A stretch of 64,000 bases of DNA from Botryllus schlosseri (Eukaryota): positions 37,636,001 through 37,700,000 of the forward strand of contig CM119371.1 in assembly GCA_051294905.1 (NCBI GenBank). Direction: 5' to 3'. Made by a program: the position numbers and the translations under genes. This document shows, piece by piece, positions 35,863 through 48,135 of the stretch. Every line of letters starts with the position of its first letter. The stretch's first letter is position 1. The notes under the pieces were generated by a model. It ran no database searches. It saw only the letters and a program-made list of their open reading frames with translations, and had not been told where the DNA came from.

Positions 35863-38800
35863 ATGAAGATTTCATTTCTTTGCCTCGCGATTTACGCTTA
35901 CGTCGCTTACGCATCTGAAGGTGAGTATTCTGTAGTACATTTTTTGAAATTCTCGCATCTGATTATGATTTTAACAGAAAGCGAAAGCGGAAAACCAGAA
36001 ACGAAGCACGTGAGTTGGTTCACTATTTTGTCCCAATGACGTGACCGTCCACATCCGCCATTTCTTTTGCGTACTAAATCGAGTTCTCGTTCATCTCAGC
36101 TAACGACTCATTTCTTATTTTATTTTTCAGGCCGTACAGAGCAACGTACCCAGCCAGGGATATGTACCCTACGGCAGCAATCCGGTCAGACCGCCGCCTG
36201 GATATTACCCGCCTCGACCTCAGCCCCAGCCACGGCGAAGGGGCGGTTTGGACCTTCGCAATCCCATCATTTTATACTTACTCTTGAGTGAGTTGTCGAA
36301 CTTCAACGGGACTGTAAAAGCACATCAAATGTAGCCATTATCCATGAGTTGTGAACAAGCTGATGTTCGAAAATATATTTCTGACAAATGAACAGTAACG
36401 TTTTTCAGAGGCATTGACACCCAAAACGACAACCGCTGCGACAACGATGGCGCCCGTGACCACAGTAACCCCGGTAAAATTGCATTATTAATTATCAGGC
36501 ATGTGCCAAAACAACAAAAATCGCTTATTTTTGGCATTTTTCAGATTTTATTTTTTGTCAATTTTGACATCGCCGTGAATGCATATTTATAGACTCTAAT
36601 TACTATGTAAAAGACTTCAGTTTGATCATTTTTATGTAACAAAAGTCTCAAAACTTGCACTATCCACACTGCGCCATCAAACAGCAAGATTAAAATCCGG
36701 ATTGAAAACGATATTGGAGACCTAATTCACCCGATACAAAGCCGACTGCTTCTGCTATAACTAATCTCATTAGTCGATCCGCTGCGCGTGCAAAGGTACC
36801 GGCATTCGAACAGATTACAATAATGATGATAAGAATATTAAAGAGTTGCTGGCACGTTCGGACCACAGCTTTCACTATCTAGCCAATCCTTAAAAAGCAT
36901 GAATGGCTATATTGTTCAATATAGTATGAGAAATTATTCACCGGCAAAGAAAGTGTTGGAAAGAACTGAATGTACATATGCTGATGCATGCATCGTATGT
37001 ATTCATCGGTACGTCTTTTGCACATGTCTTTTCATTGATGAAACCAGAGTTGCATTCGAAACAAAACTCAGTATTAAATAAACATGTTTAAAGCAAGGCT
37101 CTTGTTCGAACATGTTTTTTAGGCAATGACGTCTCGAACATTCAATTGTGACGTCCTAGTAGATTGACATTGACAATTGAAAATAGAGGGTGAATATACT
37201 TCCTTTGACGAAATATCTACGTACTAAAGCCATTGAACCGACTATTTTGAGGGTTTCAACCATCCGATATGGTATACGTCGGCTATATCGGGTGGTAATC
37301 GTCCGTAGGCCCATACAACATGTTTTTTTGGAAAGTATTTACAAAATTATGGCATAATTATACAACTTAAAAAACGCAATTTCTTTTAGAAGGACTTTGT
37401 TTAAAACACCGCTTAAAGCATGTTTAAAACAACCACATGTTTTAAATGCAACCGTAGATGGAACTATGTCCCTATTGAACAACTCGACACAATCTATGAA
37501 CGAGTGAACAATAAAAATGCAGACATTTTTCAATTGCAGGCACAAGGGTGAATCGAATTTGGCCTAGCTGAATTATGCCTGTATCGCGCGTGTAACAAAA
37601 TGCATGAGCTTGAGCGTGACAACAGGAAAATACCTAGTCAATGCGCGGATTGAAAAAAGAAATATTAGACTCTCTATCACAGATTCTGAAATACTTGAAG
37701 ACGTTCTAGGAGGTACAGAACTTCAGTATACAGTTGGATAGTATATTCATATTGAAATGAAACCCGAATATTTTCGGCTGACACTCGTCAGGGGTAATCG
37801 TCAGCAACTAGTAGAGAATAAGAAAGAACGTTGTATATCAACAATCGTATCACAAAATATGACGTCACCAGCATGAAACTTCGAATGAGAGAGCGTTCAA
37901 TGCACTATTCCTAGGTGGTACACGAACTCCTTCTGTTGACAGAGTTTCGGCTGATGTATTTTGATAAAAGTCGACTCCAAGGCACACAAGTGGAAGTGTG
38001 AACGGCCCCTCCCAATAACGCGAAATTTGTCGTCTCTATAATTATTCGCACAAATCGCTGACCGATCGAAGGCCATTAATTCTGCAATCGACCAACATCT
38101 GTTGGATAATCCGATTTGTGCTAACAACTACAATATGAACAACTACCATATGATCGGGACGGAATACAAGAAAACGCATTGCTCTATCATGTATTCCGGA
38201 CCCCAATTGTGAAACAGCATCTCGCCGGCTATCCGACAGTCGTCGAGCATGTCCGCATCCAAGTCGAAATACAAGCAATTTCTTCTAAATCAATACTGGC
38301 CAGTCTTCAGGATTACCGGACCACGACCTAACATCGACCTCGCCCTCCGCCAAATGCCACCCCATTTTGTCGCTTGCGTCTTATAGTCTCTGCATTACTT
38401 TTCATTCAGTGTGCATGCCTCTTATTTACTTTGCCTAGGCTAAGGTGGGTGTCTGATCTTAATGGCTACTCCAAGTTGTTTCGATACCTTCCTATCTCTT
38501 CATTGTATCGCAGTCTTGTGATGTTTTGATTGATTGATTGATTACCACCAGGGAATAGTGCACTGAACGCTCTCTCATTCGAAGTTGCATGCAGGTGACG
38601 TCATATTTTGTGATACGATTGTTGATATACAACGTTCTTTCTTATTCTCTACTAGTTGCTGACGATTACCCCTGACGAGTGATGCCAGCCGGAAATATTC
38701 GGTTTCATTTCAATATGAATATACTATTCCATTGTATTCCGAAATATGCTGATTACTAGCTCAATCCTGCTTTTGCGAGCAGAAATCTTCTAATTCCTAA

Positions 38801-39864
38801 TCACTTAATATCATATGCTTCCAAATCGGTTAATATCATCTGCTTCCAAATCGCTGGATTGATCAATCCACCGGTTGGCCGTAAATCCAGATTTATTCAT
38901 TAGACTTTTTTGCCTCAAGCCTAAGTTATTCATTCAACTTTCATGAACTCTTGAAGGATCACAAACCCTAATTTAGGAATTCTGCTGTCGCTTCATACAA
39001 ATTCCTATCAATTGTTGTTGATAGTTTTATCAAAAACTTTAAACAAAATAAATATTTTCACGAAACCTTATTGTTGGCATTTTCAAAATTTTATTTTTGA
39101 AAGTTTTGGCATTTGGTTCTTGAAATCCCCAAAAATAACCATACCTGGTAATAATTATATCTTATCTCTAGCTTGCTGGTCGGTCCGCAATATCCACTAT
39201 AAATACACTGATACACATGGCGCTCTTATCGTTATTCATTTAAAAACTGGCGCCTGGGGAAACAAGTGCAGTTGATGTGTGAACTCGGGCGAGCCGAAAC
39301 CGGTGAATGGATGCTTCGACAAATTTTCTGCTATCCCGTCCGTTGACAATTCACGGATCCGATTTCTTCAGGATCCGTTAGCTGGATGGACTCAAGTGGG
39401 AGATGATAATTGTTACTACTGGTTGTCCCAAACTAGCGAGTCATGGAACGCCGCTGACGTCGCATGTAAAGCAAAACCACCCGGGGGCCGACTCGCCGTC
39501 ACTGGTCTCAACGTAGATTCGACTGCCAGAAAGTGAGATTGGAATCTTGGTATTTTAACTGAACTTGATTAACATCGTTTATCTGGGATGTTTCAGAGCT
39601 CTGATTGACGCGATACCAGCTACAGGAGTTACTTTCTGGGTCGGAGTGGACGGCGTAGTCACCACTGGTACTACCAGCAGCGAGGCGTTCATTGCCCCGT
39701 TGGACGGAATCTCAGTGACAACCGCTGGCACCCCCGGATTCACTGCTTCCGGAACGGGAGACATCGCTGCGGCCTGCGGCCGCGTGGAGGCTGCCAATAC
39801 CGATGCCCTTGTATTAGAAGAATGTAATTTGGCTCGCCGCTACCTGTGCGAAGTTTGCCCTTGA
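35863..39864 (+). CDS. Secreted C-type-lectin-domain protein, 246 aa. Exons 35863-35920, 35978-36009, 36131-36287, 36409-36473, 39372-39532, 39597-39864
   Basis: All introns are GT-AG and phase-consistent, giving a 741-nt open frame. Order: signal peptide MKISFLCLAIYAYVAYA; Pro/Tyr/Arg-rich segment; LDLRNPIILYLLL; Thr-rich linker; lectin domain (GW..NCYY..SW.AA..C..GGRLA..FWVG..CG.V..C...RRYLCEVCP). Confidence 0.9.
37762..37795 (-). ncRNA. Intact minimal type I hammerhead ribozyme
   Basis: Minus strand ACCC-CUGACGA-G(UGUCAGC)C-GAA-AAUAUU-C-GGGU. It has stem I ACCC/GGGU, a complete catalytic core, a G-C stem II pair, palindromic helix III AAUAUU and a UUC cleavage triplet. Confidence 0.8.
38668..38704 (+). 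ncRNA. Degenerate hammerhead motif (GAAA changed to GGAA)
   Basis: ACCC CTGACGA GTGATGCCAGCC GGAAATATTC GGTT. Confidence 0.5.
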
Positions 39865-41370
39865 AGAGCGTCGCTCACACGAATCGGGTGCGATGACAAA
39901 AACCTGCCGGATATCACCCACCTGCAGACAGTCATTTGAATTACTTTTTAAAAGCCCGTGACATGGACGTTTTGACATATATAAAACATAAAACACGTAA
40001 CTTCTTGTCACCGAAACCGATATCATGAAATATACAGCCCAGCAATACCATAACATCTTTATACCCTCCTCTCCCAATATTCTCGTGACTGAAGTTTGGT
40101 AATTACCTGGCGCGATTTCGCTCGCTTTGACGTTCAAAACATTTTTGGCAATTTCCATGTACGATTACAAGTCCCGATCTCCAAATTCCCAGAACCCGGA
40201 TCCGGTCACCAATAAGGGTAACGCAGTTTTTCGTCACGGATGATTGATTTTAGCGCCACTGAATAGTTCGAAAATCAGTGCTGGGTGACGTCATACGACG
40301 TTTCTCGTAAATGATATTCGTGATGAATTTTCATATCTTTCGAAATTAATGATTCATATTTTTGATGACAAAGCATCTTTCGAAAGAGTTGTTTATTCAT
40401 TATAAAAATATATCCAATAATGATGCGAGGTTCTTCGTCAGTGCGTGAGTTGATTAGAAGCCAAGAAAAATGTAGTAGAAGTTGAATTTGAGTTTTGAGG
40501 CGAAGTTACATATATTCGGGAAATTAGTTCGCGAGCATCTTCGTCAGAGGGTCAATTCATCAGAAGCCGGGAAAGACGTAATTGACGTTGAATATGAATT
40601 TTGAGGCGAAGTTTCTGGAAATTAGTTCACGGGAGTGGTTCCAAGCTTAGCCTACTCTTCAAGCTTCGCGTGTCTCCTTGTTATGAATAATGAGATAATG
40701 CATCACATCAGCTCCTGAATGCAATATGCAATCGCCCGCATTGCAAAAGGTATTGTGTGATTTAGAAAGGTTTAGCAGATTTTCGAGTGAAGAATACTAG
40801 CCTCAGATCTCGAGACTCTTGACTCGGGAATCAAGTCGACCCAGGCTCCTATTTCTGGCGATTTGACCACCTATACTGCTGATCAGAAGGATTGATGTCG
40901 ATATCATGTTCTTGGTTGGCAAGATTGTTTTAAGTATTGAAATTGTTACATGTTACGTTATACATTTAAGCTTTCCAGGCTCTTCATGTTGTTTTGAAAT
41001 CGTAATTAGTGGCATTCGATTACTTGACTAGTTGTCTAATGCTCGATTCGGATTCGATTCACCAGAGCACTCAATCAAGCCCTTAATCAGTGTCAAAATC
41101 ACAAATGATAGACTGACACTAGTCAAACGATGACAAACAGATGCAGCGAGTTATAGGTTGGATTATATCAGGTTTAAATCCAACTTACAGAAGTCTGGGA
41201 CACTCGGATAGTTATGGCGTCAAGTGTTGAGAATGCATTTGCGAAATATCTGTCCTTGAACTGCTGCGCTGGACCGTTATACTGTGAGTGTAAACCCAAT
41301 GGGTATTTGACCCAGCATTAGTTAAAATACATAGATTGCAAATAGGCAATGCGTTTATCTAGATCAAGAT

Positions 41371-41762
41371 CAGTGATTCTCAACCTTTTTCGATCCATCG
41401 CCTCCTAATCAATCTCGACACAAATTTTCGCGGCGCAATATTTACGCATCCGAAAAAGACGAGATATAAACGGGAAGTTGATTCACGTAACTCTAATGGC
41501 TGGTGAAATGACTGAAAAAGGATATTTTACGAGTAGGTGCTCGAAAAACCGGTTTCAGCATCTACTTTCCTTTGATTTAACCTCTTTTTTCGCGTCATAT
41601 GGAGAACAATCCACCTTCACGTGCATTTTGGACGTGATATTTTATTATATCTCAACGAAATTTTCGCCCCCTATCGCCCTCCTGTCGCACCAGTGATATT
41701 TTCACGTTTTGTTCCTCACAATCGCCCACCGGGGACGACATCGACCACCTTGGGAACGACTG
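41371..41762. mobile_element. hAT MITE of the ATCGCCC-subterminal family
   Basis: CAGTGATTCTCAACC...TTGGGAACGACTG. Homologous to 52492-52716 plus 56081-56413. Confidence 0.65.
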
Positions 41763-43857
41763 ATGTATATCTAATGATGATGCGACAATTATAAAACCAA
41801 GGGTGAAGTCACATTCTATGAAAAGTAGCCTACGTAGAGCTAATGCTGATCGTTCACTCTTAGCGAAAAGAGTGGGTATGCACACCCCAAAAACTGGTAC
41901 ACGAAAACAGAACTTACGTAACCCTACGGGTGTATATGACCAGAATTCACCCCATTTCTCGGTGTGTACATCGGATACTTCACCCCACCCATTAGAATTG
42001 ATAGGGGTGTAATTTCCCTATAGACGCCCTACGTGAAACCCTGTATCTTCTTCCAGATGGCCGACTATTGCAAATAAACAGTCTTGATTGTATATATTCG
42101 ATATAAATTGAACCATAGTAACATAAAATGGAAACATATTTCGTGAAATAACCAAAACAGAGATCCCAGCGACGGAGAAAAGAAATCCACTGAAAATGCT
42201 GCTCGAAGAACGTGTAATGTTGGGAAGGCGCCTAATATTGGGAAGGCACCCACTCCTAGTTTTCGTCAAATGCTTTTTACGACGAGGGTTGAGTCACTAT
42301 CTTCAGCAAATACTTGCGGCATCATCCTGACATCAAAATGCATATTCACAACCCAATTAACAGGCACATGCTAACATATGTAAATTGGAAAATTGATAAC
42401 TAAACGAAAGACCACAATAATAGAAGCCTTTACGAAGTATATATAAACATATTTTCACAAAGTACTTACAAAAAATCATGTGTTTCACTTGCTATACTGG
42501 ATTGCTGTTCAGACCGAGGCCCGGTAGGGGAACTCAACGCTTTAGAAAACTTATTCACACACGATTTCTGTATGTGTAAGCAAATAGGCATCAACAAGAT
42601 GGAAATTTATAGACAGTTGTCATGACAACCGCATGTAACAGGCAGACTTGGAAAACTGGAATACTTTCACCTTCTTCGAATTAGATTGGAATTAATTAAA
42701 ACTACGAAGTGTTTTTCGAACTAGTAGAATTAGAATTATAGCTAAACAGGTATTTCGAAATTAGATTAAATTTGGAATTATAGCGAACAGAGTTTTTTCC
42801 AAATTAGATTCGAATAAGAAATACTGAATTCGCGAAAAGTTCAATAAAACTCTGTTAATATCAAATCATAGTTCATCTTATGAGCATGACAATAGCATAT
42901 GTCTGTACAGCAAGCTTGGCTCGTTTCGCACTCTACAGTTCTACTGTAGCATTTGCAGAAGAAAAAAAAATTAGATTAGAATTTAAGTTAGAGCATAGAA
43001 AGATTTCACAAAATAGATTGGAATTAGAATTAGAGCCTAGAATTATTTCACAAATGAGAATAGAATTAGAATACCGACATTTTGCTTCAATGAGTATAAG
43101 TTTGGTAAGAGCACCTGTATCTGGAAAAACTGAATATATTTTTGAAGATTTTTGATGTCAGTAGTGTCATATGCCATCAGTAATTTTACATTAGTCGCCA
43201 AGATAGATATCGCAATTTTGAAAGTAGACATCACCGAAAAACTGCATACCATACTTGAGTACTTTTTACGACATTTCGTATTCTAATTCCACTTGGTATA
43301 GCTTTGAAATGTATTGGGAACTGGTACATCTACATGTAATCGAGTGTAAATTTACGGCTGAATTTCTACATCGACTTGTAGTAGCGACGCTGGCAACTTG
43401 GACAATCTCTGCTTTGATTTACCTTATATATGCGAGTACGAAAGTTGACATCTGGTATCGTTAACAAAGTTGTAATACCTGGTGGCTTGATAACAAGTCT
43501 TTCATTTTCCACAGCATACTCCTAAATTTGGTTAATCCTTGTGCTGCATGCAGTCTTGAAGCAGCATCCTAAAATTTAAAGAAAATCAGAGTAAGAGAGG
43601 CATGGACTTTGATTCAAAGTTTACTAAATTGGTATTGATTCAAAACACGAAACGTTTCCTGGGTATTCAATATTGACTTTGAGAAGGGATTGAAAGCGAC
43701 CACAGATATAGGTGTGAGTCCTAGGCGAAACTTCAGGGGGGCATATCTATATAAACACAGTTTCTGGAGGGCTTGGCCCTCCGCCCCGCCCCTGTCGCAA
43801 AACCTGTTACATTTCACATGTCAAACAATCTCCTGATTGCTAAATGGTCTGTGGACA

Positions 43858-45045
43858 TTAGGGGGGGGTGAAAAATAATTCTTTTTCTCAAATTGTACAG
43901 GCTACTTGATAAAATTGCTAGTATTTTATTCAAATCCTAGTTTTTCACCATCAACAACTCCGCTTCCGCTAGTTGGAATTGAGTGAAATTTCGTGGACAT
44001 CGGTCTATAGCAGGGGTGGGCAAACTTTTGAGCTTGCGGGCCGCATTCAACATCTGAATCCATTCGCGGGCCGCACTATATAAAATTGGGATCATAAACC
44101 AAAACGCAATATTGCTGGTACTTGATTATATAGCAAGGACATGGAGATAAAATATATGGTTACTTGAAACAAACCAAACATTGCTATGATGATATCGTAC
44201 TCGCGCCAGAAACAATGGCGAGATTTCATAGGCTGGTCGACCTCAATAACCAATTTGTCAAAACTATAGAGATGAAAGTCCGTTGTCCCGATTCTTAGAA
44301 CGGGATTGAAATTTAAATCTTGGAGCAGTGATCAGTTCATTAATTTACTAATTCCGTTTTGGGTTCAGTTCCTGGACACACAATACTGACAGCATCATAA
44401 CTATGTTAGCTTCAAACACGCTTCTACTTTATGTGTAGATTTCGCGTCCCCTTATCGTCATATCACAAAACGCAACCAGGATGCTATAGCCAGCCTAACG
44501 GATATTTTGGTGGCATGGGAGGTTACGACTATTGATGACAGATTTTGAAATATGAAATTCATACTAAATACAGAGCAATAATTATGAACTTTAAGTAAAA
44601 AAAATTTCAGTTGAGCTCAGCTTCGCGATCCCCTTCAGATGCTTTCATGACCCAAAGGGGCACGTGTCCCCCAGGTTGAGACCCACTGCCTTTGAATAAT
44701 CATGGTGAAATATACTAAGAAAAAGTTTAATCAAGTCCCTGCATTAATTCAATATTTTTAATAAGTTTCTTTAGACTCTCGAGGGCCGCACAGAACGGTG
44801 TTGCGGTCTGCATGCGGCCCGCATGCCGTACTTTGCCCACCCTTGGTCTATAGTCAACCGAACAATTTCACGGGGTGAACAGAAAATTTAAAAATATTTT
44901 TCATTCATTTTTATATAATAAATAAAAAACCTTCTCCTGCAGCAATGCGGCTAGTGGTTGGAATTGAACCAAATTTGGTGTAGAGGCTTCAATTAGGTTA
45001 CCTAACAATTTTATCAAGTAGCGAATAGAATTTGAGAAAAAAATC
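43858..45045. mobile_element. Older copy of the fold-back hAT MITE family (compare 6162-6750 and 60820-61118), split by a younger MITE
   Basis: Shares AACTCC[A/G]CTTC, TTTCA[T/C]GGGGT and GGAATTGAACCAAATTTGGTG motifs with those copies. Confidence 0.6.
44011..44845. mobile_element. hAT (Charlie-like) MITE
   Basis: TIRs CAGGGGTGGGCAAA and TTTGCCCACCCTTG. Exact TSD GTCTATAG (44003-44010 and 44846-44853). Confidence 0.85.
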
Positions 45046-47339
45046 TGTATAATCAATCACAGAATCCATTTATAACTGGCAACTAGGTGTCCTTCAAGAT
45101 TAAGATCTGATTTTCATGTGTCAAAGTAATCACAAATGCAATGGCAATGTAAACTCAAAAAGCAAAAGTTTATTCTTTTTGATGATAGGATTGCAATGAG
45201 TCGAGTCATGATATTTTTGTGACTAGACTTAGCTCAGAATATAAAAGTCAAGTAGGACTGACTTATGACTCGGAACCTTGCGACTTGATTGCAGCCCTGA
45301 ATGAGGACCAAGAGCTAATCGATCACTAAGGGGACCAAACAACGTAGTCGATATAATACATAAGCAACATAGAATTGAAACTTCCAATGAATGAAGGAAC
45401 TAATATGACCTGATAGCGGCAACTGAATTGATGCATTTAGTACTTCAAAACAGGAGAAATCAAAATGATGATAGCAAATATGACACGAAAATAAAAAAGA
45501 ACAACTAAATGAAAACTATCATACGGGTACAAAATGACATTGGCCGGGTGCAAACTTACCAAAGTAGCCGAGACATCATAATTCATGTATGACAACAACA
45601 TCAAAAACAAACAATAATGACTTCCCTTCTTTGACAAAATAACTCGACCAAGAGGGGTTTATGATCATGAAGAATTATTACCGGATCACTCAACAAGGAT
45701 TAACTCATGGACTATATTTCTAGAGCAAAAGCTAAAGAAAATTAATTTATTCCTAACAGTTAAAACAACAAAAGTACCAACAGAACATAAGACAAATACC
45801 TGTCGGTCGGTATATTACAAATCATCTGTTGTCCCATAAGTTACCTGACCCAGATATATAGCTTCATCTTTATGATAACAAGGTATTTATGAAAGTTTGG
45901 GGACCACCGATCTAGAAGATATGAAGGACATGACAAAAAATCAGTATTGATCATTAATTTGTAGCCAGCCAGTACTAATGCCAGTAAAGATATGATGATT
46001 AGGGCTATCAAGTAATCCTTGTAGACTGATTTTGTAGAAAAGTCTCTTTGTCATATTTATTGTCACTGGGTAATTTCATCACTGGGTAATTCCATATCAA
46101 ATCAACCAGTCAGTTGTCACCCAGCCATAACGTTCTATTACTTTTACAATGAATGCTTGCGACGATACAAGTCATAAAACAGCTTAGCCAGATCGCCTTG
46201 TCTAAGGATAGAATAGAAGTCTAAGCTTTTGAAACTGACAATAAAAAGAGGTCAGGGGTCAGAACCAGGCTTATAATAATTTTCAGTAGTAAGTCATACA
46301 CAGCGTCAAATTCAAAGACTGTTAGCACAACTCTGTCGAAACAAAAGTTGCAAACGCTAGTTTCAAGAGGAACTAAAGATAACCCACATCGCCTGCTACT
46401 GCCTACAATATACATTGCCGTCACAACTATAAAAGTATGTATTCAATAAAAACTCGAGTTTCTCACCATTCTATGTTACAATAGCTCTGATATGACACAG
46501 CTGATGGAAATTTCAAAGTTGACAGAACGGAGAGGGATACTTCAATGAATTTCATAGGCAATGACCGTAAACTTTGAGTTACATGCTGGTGCCGTACACA
46601 AAAAAGCTAAATCGTAACATGAATAATATCTTAGATCAACTTCTACAACATAGCTTATGTAAAGAACTTACAAAAATTCTATCAATCTTTCGATTGAATG
46701 AGCCGGAAAGGCTTGTTTTTATCATGCGCCAACTTGAAAAGCTGAGATTGGAATTTAAAAACTTGAAATTGTGATGTGATGTAGGCTACTCGGATATATT
46801 GCACAATGATTTGATCCAAATTTCGGTCGAATCTAAAAACTGAAGTAGACCGAATAATTTGTTTTAGGCCTACTCACATGGAGTTAGTCTATTAGGCCTA
46901 CTGAAGATGAATGGGATGCACCGGCCACTGAAAATATGTATCATATTTCCTGTATACTCTGCAGTAGTTTATTGAAGATGTTATTGTAGTTTTAAAATAC
47001 TGGGAAAATGGTGTAGAATATTATTGAAAAAATATCGTCGAAGTCAAATAATCATTCATGACGAAATTTTACGTTTGGTATGTGATCACATCTCTCGCAC
47101 AAATCTCTTTTACATAACCAATTAGATGAAAAGGAGTAGCAGCGAGGTCTTGAAAACTATGTAAATACTTGTTGAGTGGATAATGCGATACCGGTAGGCT
47201 ACCTTAAATCTGCAAAGATTCTGGGCGGTTAATTGCTGGAGGGGGCACGAAAAGCATGTAAATAAACCGGGTCGCTTTCGGGAGCATTTGGAAGCGTTTC
47301 CTTTAATTGCAAAATGAATATAGTACGGTACTTAAAAAC

Positions 47340-48135
47340 TAAGTAGGCACTTCTAAAGGGTGCAAACAAATGATCATTGATTACTTTTCACGATACCCGT
47401 GTGCATGGATTTCCATGGTTATTCGCGAAATGATACCGTAACTAATAATCGCGTAAATGGGGAGCCCGCATAAAATCAAAGTAAGCTCTTTTACCAGTTG
47501 CAGAAATTCAATGATCGACAACTGTTTATGGTACCATATTCAACACCAGTACATGAATTTTCACAGTTATTCGCAAAATGATAACTATAATTTCCATAAA
47601 TGTAGACGAAGGGGGGCCCCCACTCATAAAATCAGAGTCAGCTTTTCTAACGGGTGCAGAAATTAAATGATCAACAACTGTTCACGGTACAATATTCGAC
47701 ATGGGTACATGAATTTCCACGGGTATTCGCAAAATGATAACTACATTTCTCGTGAATGTAGGAGGGGTCCCCTCCTACAATCAAACAAGCTCTTATAGCG
47801 GGAGCATAAATTTAATGATCAACTACTGTTTACGTTACCATATTCTACCTGGGTATATGTATTTTAACGATTATTCGTAAAATGACAACTAAAATTCGCA
47901 TATTTAAGAAGGGGCCCTCATAAAAAGTCAAAGGAAGCTCTTTTAGCAGGTGCAGAAATTTAATGATCAACCACTGTTTACGGTATCATATTCTACAATG
48001 ATGCATGGATTTTGATGGTTATTCATAAAATGATAACTAAAAACTGAGAATTGTTGATTGACTCCTCCTTACGATACAATACCATATTCTTTATAGATAC
48101 AAGGATTTCCGCGTATATTCAGAAATGATAATACT
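47340..48135. repeat. Diverged tandem repeat, ~150-bp unit, about 5 copies
   Basis: TGCAGAAATT.AATGATC..CAACTGTT...GTACCATATTC...TTATTCGCAAAATGATAACTA recurs near 47360, 47499, 47654, 47802 and 47950. Confidence 0.8.

Larger units (their letters stand above)
37694..38735. mobile_element. Penelope-like insertion with outward-facing inverted pLTRs in lectin intron 4
   Basis: Minus-strand GIY-YIG tail plus pLTR at ~37700-38055, a + GIY-YIG fragment at ~38057-38130, and a + pLTR at ~38545-38735. TSD ATTC[T/C]GAAATA (37683-37693 and 38736-38746). The empty site is at ~28960 in the paralog. Confidence 0.85.

Noticed and set aside
39579..39797. Antisense ORF over lectin exon 6, and likewise 30120-30323
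   Set aside because: Codon shadows of the + strand exon.
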